DNA from: Mucisphaera calidilacus
GTDB lineage: Bacteria; Planctomycetota; Phycisphaerae; Phycisphaerales; Phycisphaeraceae
Assembly: GCF_007748075.1 (NCBI RefSeq)
Contig: NZ_CP036280.1
Location: 1,080,001 to 1,112,000, forward strand
DNA: 32,000 nt
Reading direction: 5' to 3'
The notes below the pieces were generated by a model. The model was given only the letters and a program-made list of their open reading frames with translations, was not told where the DNA came from and made no database searches. Below are positions 1-9,551 of this stretch, piece by piece. The position numbers and the translations under genes were made by a program. How positions within the stretch are numbered: position 1 is the first letter of the stretch; each line of letters starts with the position of its first letter.

Positions 1-183
1 GTAGCGTTCTTCGAGGTACCGCACGCGTGCCTCGGTGTCACCCGGCGTGAGCTCGCCCTCCGCGCTCAGCAGCAACTCCGACACGTCCCCCGGCGCCGCC
101 TTCATGATGCCGAACACCAGCAGCAGAATCCCGAGGAGCGTCGGGATCATCAGCAGCGTTCGTCGGATCAGGTAGACCAGCAT
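1..183 (-). CDS. ABC transporter permease (DppB/OppB type), 5' end only; gene continues past the left window edge
   Basis: Reverse-strand ATG at 181-183, 12 nt after the stop of the 196-2058 gene. Translation MLVYLIRRTLLMIPTLLGILLLVFGIMKAAPGD... is the canonical N-terminus/first TM helix of peptide/nickel-family ABC permeases. It is absent from the ORF track because the window edge truncates it. Confidence 0.75.
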   Translation of the reverse strand, partial: MLVYLIRRTLLMIPTLLGILLLVFGIMKAAPGDVSELLLSAEGELTPGDTEARVRYLEERY

Positions 184-195
184 CGAGTCAGGACC

Positions 196-2058
196 TCACT
201 GACGAAACTGCATCTCAGCAGGGACATACCACTCGATCGGCACCGGCCACGTCGAGGTGTAGTTCATCCCCACCACCGGCATCTCGTGAACGTTGGCGAA
301 CCGGTCATCCAGCCAGAAGCGGACCTTGGATCGGAACAGGAACGTGTAAGGCTGATCCTCATGAAGAATACGGTGGCACTGACGCCAGATCTCCATGCGC
401 TCCTCACGATCGAGCGTGACGTGCGCCTTCTCGATGAGCGCGTCCAAATCGGGGTTGCTGTAGGCATTGCGGTTGTCCCCATTGGGGATGTTGCGGCTGT
501 GGAACATCTGCTCGATGTCGCCCTCGAAACCGCCCGCGCCCCAGCCGAGCGTGATCGCCTCGAAATCCTTGCTGTTCATCGACTGGAGCAGCAGAGCCCA
601 CTTCTGCGGGTTCAACTCAAGGTTGATACCCGCCAACGCGTACTGGTCCTTGAAGGCGAGCATGATCTTCTGCCCCAGGTCGCTGCCCGCCGGATACGTG
701 ATCTGAATCTTGAACGGCTCACCCTCAGGCGTCAGCATCGTGCCCTTGTCGTCCCGGCGGAAACCCGCCTCCTCAAGCAATGCGATCGCACGATCCGGGT
801 CGTAAGGCCAAGGCTCGATGCTCGGGTCGTCCTGATCGCCAATCTCGTGGAACGGGCCGCTGGTGACGGTCGAGAATCCGAGGAAGATCTCCTCGCACAC
901 ACGCTCGCGGTCCAGCAGCATCGTCAGGGCCTGGCGGACGCGTCTGTCGGCATAAAGCGTCGGCTCGCCGCCACGCACCTGGTTCCACGCGATGTAGCGG
1001 TAACCCGAACGAATCTGCTCGTACACAAAATGCTGAGTCCGATCGAGCATCACCGGATCCTCAAGCAGCGCCAGGTGCTGCTCGGGCGTCGGCAGGTGCA
1101 GGTCGATCTCGCCGTTGCGGAAAGCCAGGTCCATCGCCTGATCGCTCTGGATGATGCGGTAGACAATGCGGTCGAGGCTCGGCGACACGCCCCAGTAACG
1201 GTCGTTGCGGAGCAGCACGATCGTCTCGCCAGGCGTGTAACGCGTCGGGTCGGCGATACGGTACGGGCCCGTCCCCAGCAGCAGCGCCGGGTGCTGACGG
1301 ATCTGCTCGTCGGTGTACTGGCTCAGGAATTTCTTGCTGTGGATCATGATCCCGAACACCGCGCGGTAAAGGTTCTCATAAAAAACCTTCTCGAAATCAA
1401 TCCGCACCGTGTAATCGTCGATCTTCTCGCAGCCGGTGATATGCCGGTAATACTGAATCAGCCGGCCGTCCACGATGTTGGCGTTCCGGATCAGCCCGAA
1501 GCTGTAGACCACGTCATCAGCGGTCATCGGGTCGCCGTTGGAAAAGGTGACGTTGCGCCGGAGCCTGACGGTGACCGAGAGTCCGTCATCGGCCATCTGC
1601 CAGCCCTCCGCGAGGAGAGGCACCAGCTCGCGCTTCTCAAGGTCGTAGGTCGCCAGTGGCTCTAGAACCTTGGTGTAAACCACGCGGCTGTAGACATCAC
1701 CCGACGTCAACTCATTGATCTTGGGCACCTCGGACTGAAAAGCGTCGACAAGCCAATCCCCCTGAGCGTAATCGGGTCGCTGCTTGACGGCACGCAAGCG
1801 GCGAAAGGGGCTGTTGTCGTCGGGCGCTGCTGTCGTGGTCGCCAGCGATTCCTCGATAACCGCGCCCCGCGCAGGCAACTCGGCGATCTGCTGCCTGATC
1901 GCCGTGAGGTCCTTGGTCTGGTTGCTGATCGAGTCCTCGATCACGTTCAGCCTGGACCACTGCCGGTCGTTCTGGATCATCCCGACCCACAGGGTGACGA
2001 GCACCCCGACGAGCAGCACGATCACCAGCACGTCCTTGAAACGAAAGCCCTGATCCAT
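196..2058 (-). CDS. ABC transporter substrate-binding protein, family 5 (peptide/nickel type), N-terminally membrane anchored
   Basis: ORF 196-2142. I prefer the internal ATG at 2056-2058 (MDQGFRFKDVLVIVLLVGVLVTLWV...) because the longer form overlaps the upstream permease gene (stop at 2090). Family-5 SBP-like stretches are present (VTFSNGDPMTADDVVYSF, IVLLRNDRYWG, PYDPDRAIALLEEAGF, AITLGWGAGG). The gene sits between two cognate permease genes. Confidence 0.85.
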   Translation of the reverse strand: MDQGFRFKDVLVIVLLVGVLVTLWVGMIQNDRQWSRLNVIEDSISNQTKDLTAIRQQIAELPARGAVIEESLATTTAAPDDNSPFRRLRAVKQRPDYAQGDWLVDAFQSEVPKINELTSGDVYSRVVYTKVLEPLATYDLEKRELVPLLAEGWQMADDGLSVTVRLRRNVTFSNGDPMTADDVVYSFGLIRNANIVDGRLIQYYRHITGCEKIDDYTVRIDFEKVFYENLYRAVFGIMIHSKKFLSQYTDEQIRQHPALLLGTGPYRIADPTRYTPGETIVLLRNDRYWGVSPSLDRIVYRIIQSDQAMDLAFRNGEIDLHLPTPEQHLALLEDPVMLDRTQHFVYEQIRSGYRYIAWNQVRGGEPTLYADRRVRQALTMLLDRERVCEEIFLGFSTVTSGPFHEIGDQDDPSIEPWPYDPDRAIALLEEAGFRRDDKGTMLTPEGEPFKIQITYPAGSDLGQKIMLAFKDQYALAGINLELNPQKWALLLQSMNSKDFEAITLGWGAGGFEGDIEQMFHSRNIPNGDNRNAYSNPDLDALIEKAHVTLDREERMEIWRQCHRILHEDQPYTFLFRSKVRFWLDDRFANVHEMPVVGMNYTSTWPVPIEWYVPAEMQFRQ

Positions 2059-2089
2059 CACGGCGTCCTCTGATTCGGTTTCGTAGGGT

Positions 2090-3040
2090 TCATCGACGAC
2101 GCGTGCTCCGCGGGTCAAAACGTTCACGCAGCTCGTCGCCAAGGAAGTTGAGCGACATCAGCGTCAGCCCGAGCAGCAGGCACGGGAACAGCAGCAGCCA
2201 CCAGTGGAAGGTCAGGTTGGCCGCGAGGTTCTGGAGCTCTTTCACACCGCCGGCGGCGAGGTTGCCCCAACTCGGCAGGGGGGCCTGCACGCCGATACCC
2301 AGGAAGCTCAGGAACGACTCCTGAAGAATCGCCTGCGGCACAGCCAGCGTCGCGTAGACGACGATCGGGCCGATCAGGTTCGGCAGCAGATGAACCACCA
2401 TCGCACGCATCGGGCTCAGCCCGAGCGCTCGCGTCGCCTCCATGAACGGCTGACTACGCAGCGACAGCACCTGACCACGGATCACCCGCGCCGTCGTCAG
2501 CCACGAAACACCGCCGATCGCCAGCAACAGCGTCACGACGTCCGCAACTCCCGACGCGACGTCCGCCTTGAGCACCCAGTTCGCGAAATGCTCCACCGCC
2601 GGACTCAAACCGATGTCCAGCAGCACCACCAGCAGGATGTAAGGCAGGCCGTAGAGGATGTCCACAAACCGCATCATCGCGGCGTCGATATTCCCGCCCA
2701 TGTAGCCGGCGATACACCCCCACGTCGTGCCGATCGTCACCGCGATGCACGCCGCCGAAATCCCGATCCCGAGGCTGATCGCACCCCCGAGCAGGCTGCG
2801 CCAGAACATCGATCGACCCAGAAGATCCGTCCCGAACGGCTCGGTCAGCTCGGGCGACATGTACTGATACGCAACATCGACCTGCATACGCTGGTTGTCG
2901 TACTCAGCCATCGACCAGGGAATCGTCAGGAAGCACGGCAGGGCGATGACCAGCAGCAGAATCGCGCCGACCACGCCGGGTGTGATCCGCCATGTGACGG
3001 GCGTCTTGATAACCGCTTGACCTGCGTCCACTTGCGTCAT
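2090..3040 (-). CDS. ABC transporter permease (DppC/OppC type)
   Basis: ORF 2090-3085; start moved to the ATG at 3038-3040 (MTQVDAGQAVIK...) so that it does not run through the upstream terminator hairpin. Multi-TM protein with the EAA-type loop region (FMEATRALGLSPMRAMVVHLLPN) typical of binding-protein-dependent permeases. Confidence 0.85.
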   Translation of the reverse strand: MTQVDAGQAVIKTPVTWRITPGVVGAILLLVIALPCFLTIPWSMAEYDNQRMQVDVAYQYMSPELTEPFGTDLLGRSMFWRSLLGGAISLGIGISAACIAVTIGTTWGCIAGYMGGNIDAAMMRFVDILYGLPYILLVVLLDIGLSPAVEHFANWVLKADVASGVADVVTLLLAIGGVSWLTTARVIRGQVLSLRSQPFMEATRALGLSPMRAMVVHLLPNLIGPIVVYATLAVPQAILQESFLSFLGIGVQAPLPSWGNLAAGGVKELQNLAANLTFHWWLLLFPCLLLGLTLMSLNFLGDELRERFDPRSTRRR

Positions 3041-3068
3041 GACCCACGAGTATACCCGCTCGCACAAC

Positions 3069-3094
3069 AAAAAAGGGCGGCCCAAAGACCGCCC
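3069..3094 (-). terminator. Rho-independent terminator candidate downstream of the metallophosphoesterase gene
   Basis: GGGCGG(3075-3080)-cccaaaga-CCGCCC(3089-3094). On the minus strand the hairpin is followed by TTTTTT (plus-strand A-run 3069-3074). It lies 25 nt after the stop at 3119. Confidence 0.6.
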
Positions 3095-3118
3095 GCTATG
3101 CCTGCTTGTCTGCCAGAT

Positions 3119-4540
3119 TCAGCGCCGACGCATCAGCATCGCCGCGCCAAGGCTCAGCAACGCCAGGCTGGCCGGCTCAGGCACGAAAGCGTTGTAGTTC
3201 ACCGCGAGGCTGCCGCTCGGCGAACGCAGGCCGTCGCTGAAGTCCAGCGGGTTGGTGGGGTCGGCGGCGAAAGCGAGCATCCAGAGGTTCTCCCACTCGA
3301 GGATGTTCTCGAAACCCGCAGGGATGCTCCCGCCGTTGGGCACGTTGAACATGTCGGCGAGATAGGCATTGAAATAATCCGCGTCCCAGTCCGGATGCAA
3401 CGCGAGGAAGTTGTCCGGGATCAGCGGGTTGTCCTTGAGGTTCGCCTCGAGGAACCCGAGGTACTCCGCATCGCTGCCGAAGCCGAGCAACGCCTTGACC
3501 TGATCACGCTGAATCCACGCCTGCTGGATCGTCTCGACAAAGTGATGCAGCGTCGAGCGGTATTCGTCGAGTGTCGGCGAATAAGTCTTCCACGAGAACG
3601 TGGAAGACTCGAGATCGATCTCATAGATGCGCATCCAGCCGTCGCCGCCGTTGCGGGCGTCCTGGTAGTCCGTCAGGATCTCGACCGTCTCCTCAACGAC
3701 GCTGTCAAACGACCCGGACAGACGCATCCACTCGCTGTGGAAGTGTCCCGCGTGCAGCATGAACACGTTATCGTTGGGGACCACGAGCTTCTCATACATC
3801 TGCTGCCCGTAGTTGCCGTCGGGCACGCCCGGAGCAAAGTTCTCCTTGACCACAAAGGTGCCGAGCGGCGTAATGTTCTCCTCGTTGTAACGCCCCGCGA
3901 TCAGCTTGTAGTCGTACATGTACCGGTGCGTGCCGAGGACGAAGAGCGTGTCCGGGTTGCTCCGGATGATGTTGTTGGCCCAGTCGATTTCTGCCTGCGG
4001 CTGATCGATGCTGAAATTGAGGAAGCCGATCTTCTGCCCCTCGTGGTCCATGAGCTGGTAATTACCACCGCCGCCGGGCGACGAGTCGGTATACCAACTC
4101 CGACCGGCAAAAACCTGCGGGCCGAAATTCGCGAGGTAGCCGGCGTTGTAGTCCTCGCCATGCTCCTCGTCGTCGTGGTTGCCCATGACCGTGCCGTGGG
4201 GGATGTCGGCATCCAGCAGCTTGTCCATCGCAGCCTTCGCGTTCGCCCACTCCTGCGGGGCACGGGCCGGGTCCTGCGCGTTCTGCACGATGTCACCAAG
4301 GTGGCCGACGTAGCGGATGTTCATCGCCTCGGCGTTGTCGACGATCCACTGCGTCTGCGCGCTGAAGATCGTCGCGGTGCCAGCCGGGTCGGTGATCGGC
4401 GGGAAGCTCATGCTCGGAAAACGGTTCTCAGAGTAGATCTGCGTGTCGGGCAAAGACACGAAACGGAACACCTCGGCTCCGGCTTGGGCGCCGACCGCCA
4501 GACTCACCGCTACCGCAACAGACTGTGCAAAGATCTTCAT
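3119..4540 (-). CDS. Secreted calcineurin-like metallophosphoesterase with C-terminal PEP-CTERM sorting tail
   Basis: ORF 3119-4591; start at the ATG at 4538-4540 (MKIFAQSVAVAVSLAVGAQA, signal peptide) preceded by GGAGA. Metallophosphoesterase motifs are present: GHLGDIV, GNHDDEEHG, GTHRY, HAGHFHSEW. The C-terminus VPEPASLALLSLGAAMLMRRR* is a textbook PEP-CTERM (PEP, hydrophobic helix, Arg cluster). Confidence 0.8.
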   Translation of the reverse strand: MKIFAQSVAVAVSLAVGAQAGAEVFRFVSLPDTQIYSENRFPSMSFPPITDPAGTATIFSAQTQWIVDNAEAMNIRYVGHLGDIVQNAQDPARAPQEWANAKAAMDKLLDADIPHGTVMGNHDDEEHGEDYNAGYLANFGPQVFAGRSWYTDSSPGGGGNYQLMDHEGQKIGFLNFSIDQPQAEIDWANNIIRSNPDTLFVLGTHRYMYDYKLIAGRYNEENITPLGTFVVKENFAPGVPDGNYGQQMYEKLVVPNDNVFMLHAGHFHSEWMRLSGSFDSVVEETVEILTDYQDARNGGDGWMRIYEIDLESSTFSWKTYSPTLDEYRSTLHHFVETIQQAWIQRDQVKALLGFGSDAEYLGFLEANLKDNPLIPDNFLALHPDWDADYFNAYLADMFNVPNGGSIPAGFENILEWENLWMLAFAADPTNPLDFSDGLRSPSGSLAVNYNAFVPEPASLALLSLGAAMLMRRR

Positions 4541-4684
4541 CCTCGATTCTCCTGATAAGTGATTGCAGCGCACGGAACACCACGGCCCCATGCTTCGAAG
4601 CGATAACGTAAGCCGGGAAAATCAGCGAAGAGTTACCGATCGGTTACGGTTACGTGAAGAGTCGGGCGACCCGTGTTCAGGCAT

Positions 4685-4720
4685 GAAAAACCCCGCATCG
4701 CAGAACGACACGGGGCTGCG
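4685..4720 (-). terminator. Terminator candidate downstream of the sulfatase gene
   Basis: CCCCG(4691-4695)...CGGGG(4711-4715) inverted repeat. On the minus strand it is followed by TTTTT(C) (plus-strand A-run 4685-4690). It lies about 20 nt after the stop at 4741. The loop is long (15 nt), so confidence is only moderate. Confidence 0.45.
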
Positions 4721-4740
4721 TTTGAAAGAGTGACCGGTGA

Positions 4741-6321
4741 TCAGTGCGTGGCGCCCTGCTCCAGCTTCTCCATCACCTGATCGACGCTGAAACTCGCCGC
4801 CTTCATCCGAGGCGGATACTCCTCGAACGTCGAAATGAAGCGGGCAACGTACTGCTGGGCCGGAACCAGAAGATAAACACGGTCGATCACCCAGTCGTAA
4901 TACGTGTTCGACGTGATCGGTGCACGCTCATACGGATCACGACGCATGTGCAGGATCAGCGGGACACGCAGCGGCGTGAACGGATTGGCCCACGCCTCCA
5001 GCGTCGCTTCGACCCTCTGCTCCATGAAGATGAGTTTCCAGTCGCCGTAACGCAAGGCCGTGAGGTCGCCGTCATCGGAGAAGTAGAAGATCTCACGCCG
5101 TGGCGACTGATCACTCTCACCCGTCAGCAGAGGCTTGATGTTGTAGCCGTCGAGGTGAACCTTGTACGTCTTGCCCTCTGCCTCCATCCCGTCAAGAAGC
5201 TTCTCCTTGACCGCGTCATCACCCGCGATAGCTGCGAACGTCGGGAACCAGTCCATGTGGTGCACGATCTCGTTGGTCACCGAACCGGCCTCGATCTGGC
5301 CGGGCCAGCGGACGAACGCCGGCACACGCCAGCCACCCTCCCAGTTCGTGTTCTTCTCGCCGCGGAAAGGCGTCATCGCCGCGTCGGGCCACGTGTTCAT
5401 GTGCGGGCCGTTGTCCGTCGAGTAGAGCACGATCGTGTTGTCCGCAATACCCAACTCGTCGAGCAGTTCAAGGAACAGACCGATGTGCATGTCGTGCTCG
5501 ACCATGCCGTCCGCGTACTCATCCTGACCGGAGATGCCGCGGAGTTCGTCCTTGACGTGCGTCCGGAAGTGCATCCGCGTGCCGTTCCACCAGCAGAACC
5601 ACGGCTTGCCCGCCTCGTGCTGCTCACGGATCCATTCGAGGGCACGCTGACTCGTCTCATCATCGATCGTCTCCATCCGCTTCTTGGTCAGCGGCCCGGT
5701 GTCCTCGATCCGCTGCGTACCGTCCTCATTCGCGTAGGAATGAATCACGCCACGCGGACCGAACTTCTCCCGGAACTGCGGGTCCTTGGGGTAATCCTCG
5801 TTCTCGGGCTCCTCCTCAGCGTTCAGGTGGTAGAGGTTGCCGAAGAACTCATCGAAACCGTGCGCCGTCGGCAGGTGCTCATCCCGGTCGCCCAGGTGGT
5901 TCTTGCCGAACTGGCCGGTCGCGTAGCCCTGCGTCTTGAGCATGAGCGCAATCGTCGGGTCATCAGGATGGCTGCCAAGCTCCGCACCGGGGAAACCAAC
6001 CTTGCTCAGGCCGGAACGATAAACGCTCTGGCCCAGAATGAACGACGAACGACCCGCGGTGCACGACTGCTCGCCGTAGTAGTCGGTGAAACGCATGCCC
6101 TCGTTGGCGATGCGGTCGATGTTCGGCGTGCGATACCCCATCAGACCGTGCGTGTTCGCACTGATGTTGGACAGCCCCACATCATCACCCCACACCACGA
6201 GTATGTTCGGTTTCTTGGAAGGCGCACGTTGCTTCTCCTCAGCCATCTGCGCATGACTGCAACCCACTGCCACGCCGATCATCACGATCAGCACATAGAC
6301 GTGCCTGAGCCCTGGATTCAT
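4741..6321 (-). CDS. Arylsulfatase (type I sulfatase, formylglycine-dependent), probable lipoprotein
   Basis: ORF 4741-6411; start at the ATG at 6319-6321 (MNPGLRHVYVLIVMIGVAVGC, lipobox-like AVGC). N-terminal sulfatase signature NILVVWGDDVG...SCTAGRSSFILG, with the Cys codon at 6061-6063 in a C-x-A-x-R motif. Also GKNHLGD and YSTDNGPH. The gene lies directly downstream of an FGE gene. Confidence 0.9.
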   Translation of the reverse strand: MNPGLRHVYVLIVMIGVAVGCSHAQMAEEKQRAPSKKPNILVVWGDDVGLSNISANTHGLMGYRTPNIDRIANEGMRFTDYYGEQSCTAGRSSFILGQSVYRSGLSKVGFPGAELGSHPDDPTIALMLKTQGYATGQFGKNHLGDRDEHLPTAHGFDEFFGNLYHLNAEEEPENEDYPKDPQFREKFGPRGVIHSYANEDGTQRIEDTGPLTKKRMETIDDETSQRALEWIREQHEAGKPWFCWWNGTRMHFRTHVKDELRGISGQDEYADGMVEHDMHIGLFLELLDELGIADNTIVLYSTDNGPHMNTWPDAAMTPFRGEKNTNWEGGWRVPAFVRWPGQIEAGSVTNEIVHHMDWFPTFAAIAGDDAVKEKLLDGMEAEGKTYKVHLDGYNIKPLLTGESDQSPRREIFYFSDDGDLTALRYGDWKLIFMEQRVEATLEAWANPFTPLRVPLILHMRRDPYERAPITSNTYYDWVIDRVYLLVPAQQYVARFISTFEEYPPRMKAASFSVDQVMEKLEQGATH

Positions 6322-6423
6322 GTCCGATCTCCAATTGCACAAAGTGACGATTTCCCGAGACAGTGCTCGCATCCTAAACACTCTGGGCAAGCCGGGCAAG
6401 GGCCAAACCACGATGTAACGCTG

Positions 6424-7473
6424 TTAATCTTCGCCGCGCATCGCGGGCGTCATCACACAACGAAAACCGAGGTGATTCATCGCGCTGTCCGGCGGCGAAG
6501 CCATCTTCGCACTCGGCCGGTAGCTCTCGCAATAACTCGCGTGACAGAGATAAGAACCGCCTTTATGGACACGTGAGTCCTTTGAGAAAGGATTGCGCGG
6601 GTCTGCAGCGGTCTCGGGACCGGTCGGGTTCACGCAGCAGGTCTCCTCGCCGAGTCGCGCAACACGCTGACGGTACGCATCGGGACGGAACTGATCGAGC
6701 GTCCACTCCCAGACATTACCCGCCATGTCATGCAGCCCGAGTTCGTTCGGCGGAAATCGACCCACAGGCGCTACCCCCACAAACCCGTCGCCGCCGGTGT
6801 TGCGATACGGAAACCGGCCCTGCCAGATGTTCGCCATCTGCCTGCCCTCAGGCATCAACTCATCACCCCACGTGAACCGCGCACCATCCCGACCAAAACG
6901 CGCAGCCCGCTCCCACTCCGCCTCGGTCGGCAGACGCTTGCCCGCCCATGTCGCATACGCCATCGCGTCGTCCCACGCCACCTGCACTACCGGATAATCG
7001 TCGCGCCCGACGATCGAACTGCCCGGGCCCTCGGGCTGACGCCAGCTCGCGCCGGGTGTCCACGTCCACCACTGCGTGTAGTCACGCAGGTTGACCGCAC
7101 GGTCCGGCGGCGTGAACACCAGCGACCCCGGCACAAGCACCTCATCCGGCGGCCGGGGCGTGCCCGGCGGCACCTGCTGCTTCATCTCCGCCCAGTCGAC
7201 CGGTCGCTCCGCGATCGTCACGTAACCCGTCGCCTCCACAAACGCGCGGAACTGCCCGTTGGTCACCTCGGTGCGGTCGATCCAGAAGCCGTCTACCTCG
7301 ACCTGATGCGCGGGCCGCTCGTCGTACCTGCCCTCCGGCCCATCCCATCCCATCGTGAACCGTCCACCCTCCACCCACACCATGCCCTCGGGAGCCTCCC
7401 CGGGCTCGGCCACAAGAGACGTGCACGCGGTAAGGACAAGACAGCCAATGACGAGTCGCTGAAGAAAGCACAT
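6424..7473 (-). CDS. Formylglycine-generating enzyme (FGE/SUMF1 family)
   Basis: ORF 6424-7503; start at the ATG at 7471-7473 (MCFLQRLVIGCLVLTAC, signal/lipobox). FGE hallmarks are present: RPAHQVEVDGFWIDRTEVTNGQFRAFV, AEWERAAR, GNVWEWT, HKGGSYLCHASYCESYR, LGFRCV. Confidence 0.9.
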   Translation of the reverse strand: MCFLQRLVIGCLVLTACTSLVAEPGEAPEGMVWVEGGRFTMGWDGPEGRYDERPAHQVEVDGFWIDRTEVTNGQFRAFVEATGYVTIAERPVDWAEMKQQVPPGTPRPPDEVLVPGSLVFTPPDRAVNLRDYTQWWTWTPGASWRQPEGPGSSIVGRDDYPVVQVAWDDAMAYATWAGKRLPTEAEWERAARFGRDGARFTWGDELMPEGRQMANIWQGRFPYRNTGGDGFVGVAPVGRFPPNELGLHDMAGNVWEWTLDQFRPDAYRQRVARLGEETCCVNPTGPETAADPRNPFSKDSRVHKGGSYLCHASYCESYRPSAKMASPPDSAMNHLGFRCVMTPAMRGED

Positions 7474-7541
7474 GGTTCCATGGTATCCCGTAGTCCCGTG
7501 CAATCGTCAACAGGCATGCCTCAGACCCCATCACGCACCAC

Positions 7542-7573
7542 AAAAAAAGCGGGCGACACAGAGTGTCACCCGC
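7542..7573 (-). terminator. Rho-independent terminator downstream of the chemoreceptor gene
   Basis: GCGGGCGACAC-aga-GTGTCACCCGC (7549-7573). On the minus strand it is followed by TTTTTTT (plus-strand A-run 7542-7548). It lies 28 nt after the stop at 7602. Confidence 0.65.
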
Positions 7574-7601
7574 TGGTATGCCGTTGATTCTATCGCCTAC
7601 C

Positions 7602-9305
7602 TCAGCTGATCTTGAACTGGCCGATCATGGACCGGAGCCGATCGGCCTGGGAGGCGAGGTCGCCAGCGGCCTCGGAGGCCTGCGAGGCGCTCTCAGCCGA
7701 GACGCGAGTGGTTCCCGAGATGCTGTCGAGGCTGTGGGAGATCTCCTCGGCAGCAGAAGACTGCTGCTCGGCAGCGGCGGCGATGGACTGGATCATGGCA
7801 GCAACCTGCTGGCTGCCGGTGACGATCTCCTCGAGCGACCCGCCGGCACGCTCGGCAAGCTGAACGCCCTCGGAGACCTGCTCGGTGCCCGCCTCGATGC
7901 GTCCGACGACCGACTTGGTCTCGACCTGGATGGTCTTGATGCTCTCGGCGATCTCCTCGGTGGCCTTGGTGGTGCGGTCGGCGAGCTTGCGCACCTCGTC
8001 GGCGACGACGGCGAAGCCGCGTCCGTGCTCGCCGGCGCGAGCCGCCTCGATGGCGGCGTTGAGAGCCAGGAGGTTGGTCTGGTCGGCGATGTCGTTGATG
8101 ACCGCGATGACCTCGCCGATGGCCTCGGAGCGTTCGCCCAGAGCATCGACCGCGACAGCGGCATCACGGACCATGTCGGCGATGCCGTTGATGCCCGTGA
8201 CGGTCTGGCGGACGATGTCGCCGCCTTCCTGGGCCTTGTCACCGGCCTGCTCGGCGTTCTGGTTGGCGTCGGAAGACTTCTTGGCAACCTCGACGACCGA
8301 CGAAGACATCTCTTCGACAGCGGAACTGATCTGGGTGAGCTGCTGGGTCTGGTCGTGCGCCTGGTCGGTGACCTGGCGGCTGCTGCTGGCGATCTGACCG
8401 GCCGACGCCGCGACCTGCTCGGTGGCGGAGGAGACCTCGGAGATGGTCTTGTGCAAACGGTCCATGAACAGGTCGAAGTAGCCCGAGACCTCGCCGATCT
8501 CGTCCTTGTTCTTGTAGCGGACACGCTGGGTGAGGTCGCCCTCGCCCTCGGCGATGTCCTTGAAACGCTCGGCGAGATGACGCAGCGGCTTCTGGATCGA
8601 TCGGTTGATGATCCAGAGGGTGAAGGGGATGACGATCAGCACGAGGTAGACACCCGAGATGATGCCGCCACGCGTGAGGAAGGTGTTGGTCACGCCGTCA
8701 AGGTCCGCCGCGATCGAAGCCTTGTGCTCGTCAACGTCGTCAACGTAAATGCCGGTCGCCAGGAAATACTCGGTGCCCGGGATCATGTTCGCATAACTCA
8801 GCTTCGGTGCCGGTGCCTCCTCGCCCGGACGCGTCCAGACGTAAGACACATAGCCGCCACCCGCCTTGGACTTCTCTACCATCTCACGGATGTACTGAAC
8901 ACCATTGCTGTCCGCACGCTCCAGACGATCCTGACCACGCAAGTCCGAATTCGAGGCGTGCGCAACACCCACACCATTCATGTCGTACACAAAGAAGTAA
9001 CCCTGCTTCTTGGTCTCGTCCTTGGTCGTCTTGAACCACGCCTTCTCAATATAAGCCTGGATCACATCCGGCTGCTCCGCTGCCGGCACATCCGCAATCG
9101 CCTGGCCGATGACAGCGGCATTCGAGTTCACAATCGTCTCCAGCCTCAGCTCATGAGCCTCCAGAAGCTGATGCCCCAGACGCTCCACCGATTCGTCACG
9201 GCATTCGGACAACGCACTCACACCCAGATAACTCGTCAGCACGCCAAACGCGGCGACCAGAATGACGAGTGACCAGACTTTGGTAGATAGACGCAGATGA
9301 AACAT
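7602..9305 (-). CDS. Methyl-accepting chemotaxis protein (Cache-type sensor, HAMP, MCP signalling domain)
   Basis: ORF 7602-9437; start at the ATG at 9303-9305 ([25 protein letters not shown]1). The periplasmic region has a Cache-like [17 protein letters not shown]...[10 protein letters not shown] second TM and HAMP ([28 protein letters not shown]) follow. The highly conserved MCP hairpin is present: [37 protein letters not shown]. Confidence 0.92.
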   Translation of the reverse strand: MFHLRLSTKVWSLVILVAAFGVLTSYLGVSALSECRDESVERLGHQLLEAHELRLETIVNSNAAVIGQAIADVPAAEQPDVIQAYIEKAWFKTTKDETKKQGYFFVYDMNGVGVAHASNSDLRGQDRLERADSNGVQYIREMVEKSKAGGGYVSYVWTRPGEEAPAPKLSYANMIPGTEYFLATGIYVDDVDEHKASIAADLDGVTNTFLTRGGIISGVYLVLIVIPFTLWIINRSIQKPLRHLAERFKDIAEGEGDLTQRVRYKNKDEIGEVSGYFDLFMDRLHKTISEVSSATEQVAASAGQIASSSRQVTDQAHDQTQQLTQISSAVEEMSSSVVEVAKKSSDANQNAEQAGDKAQEGGDIVRQTVTGINGIADMVRDAAVAVDALGERSEAIGEVIAVINDIADQTNLLALNAAIEAARAGEHGRGFAVVADEVRKLADRTTKATEEIAESIKTIQVETKSVVGRIEAGTEQVSEGVQLAERAGGSLEEIVTGSQQVAAMIQSIAAAAEQQSSAAEEISHSLDSISGTTRVSAESASQASEAAGDLASQADRLRSMIGQFKIS

Positions 9306-9551
9306 CGATCGACTCCTGACTTGAAGTTCCTCTCGCACAGAAACACAGCCCCCGACCATCACTACATCGTTAGTTTTTGAAGGTGATATAAGACGATTCG
9401 GAACGATGATCGCACAACGCGTCCCTACCCCTCCCACGCCCCTTGCTATCGGACGTTGATCGCCGAATCAAACGCACCACGCGTCAATCACGACGGTAGG
9501 CAACGAGAATTCGTGGCACGCCACCAGCCACGCCGATAGGCTGCCAAACGC

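Noticed and set aside
2204-4555. 783-aa plus-strand ORF. Similar long ORFs occur at 286-1665 (+), 4744-6576 (+), 7563-9272 (+), 13233-14336 (-) and 24877-25578 (-).
   Set aside because: All lie antisense to genes with clear family signatures. Their translations are low-complexity Arg/Asp/His/Val-rich strings. These are typical shadow ORFs of a high-GC genome.
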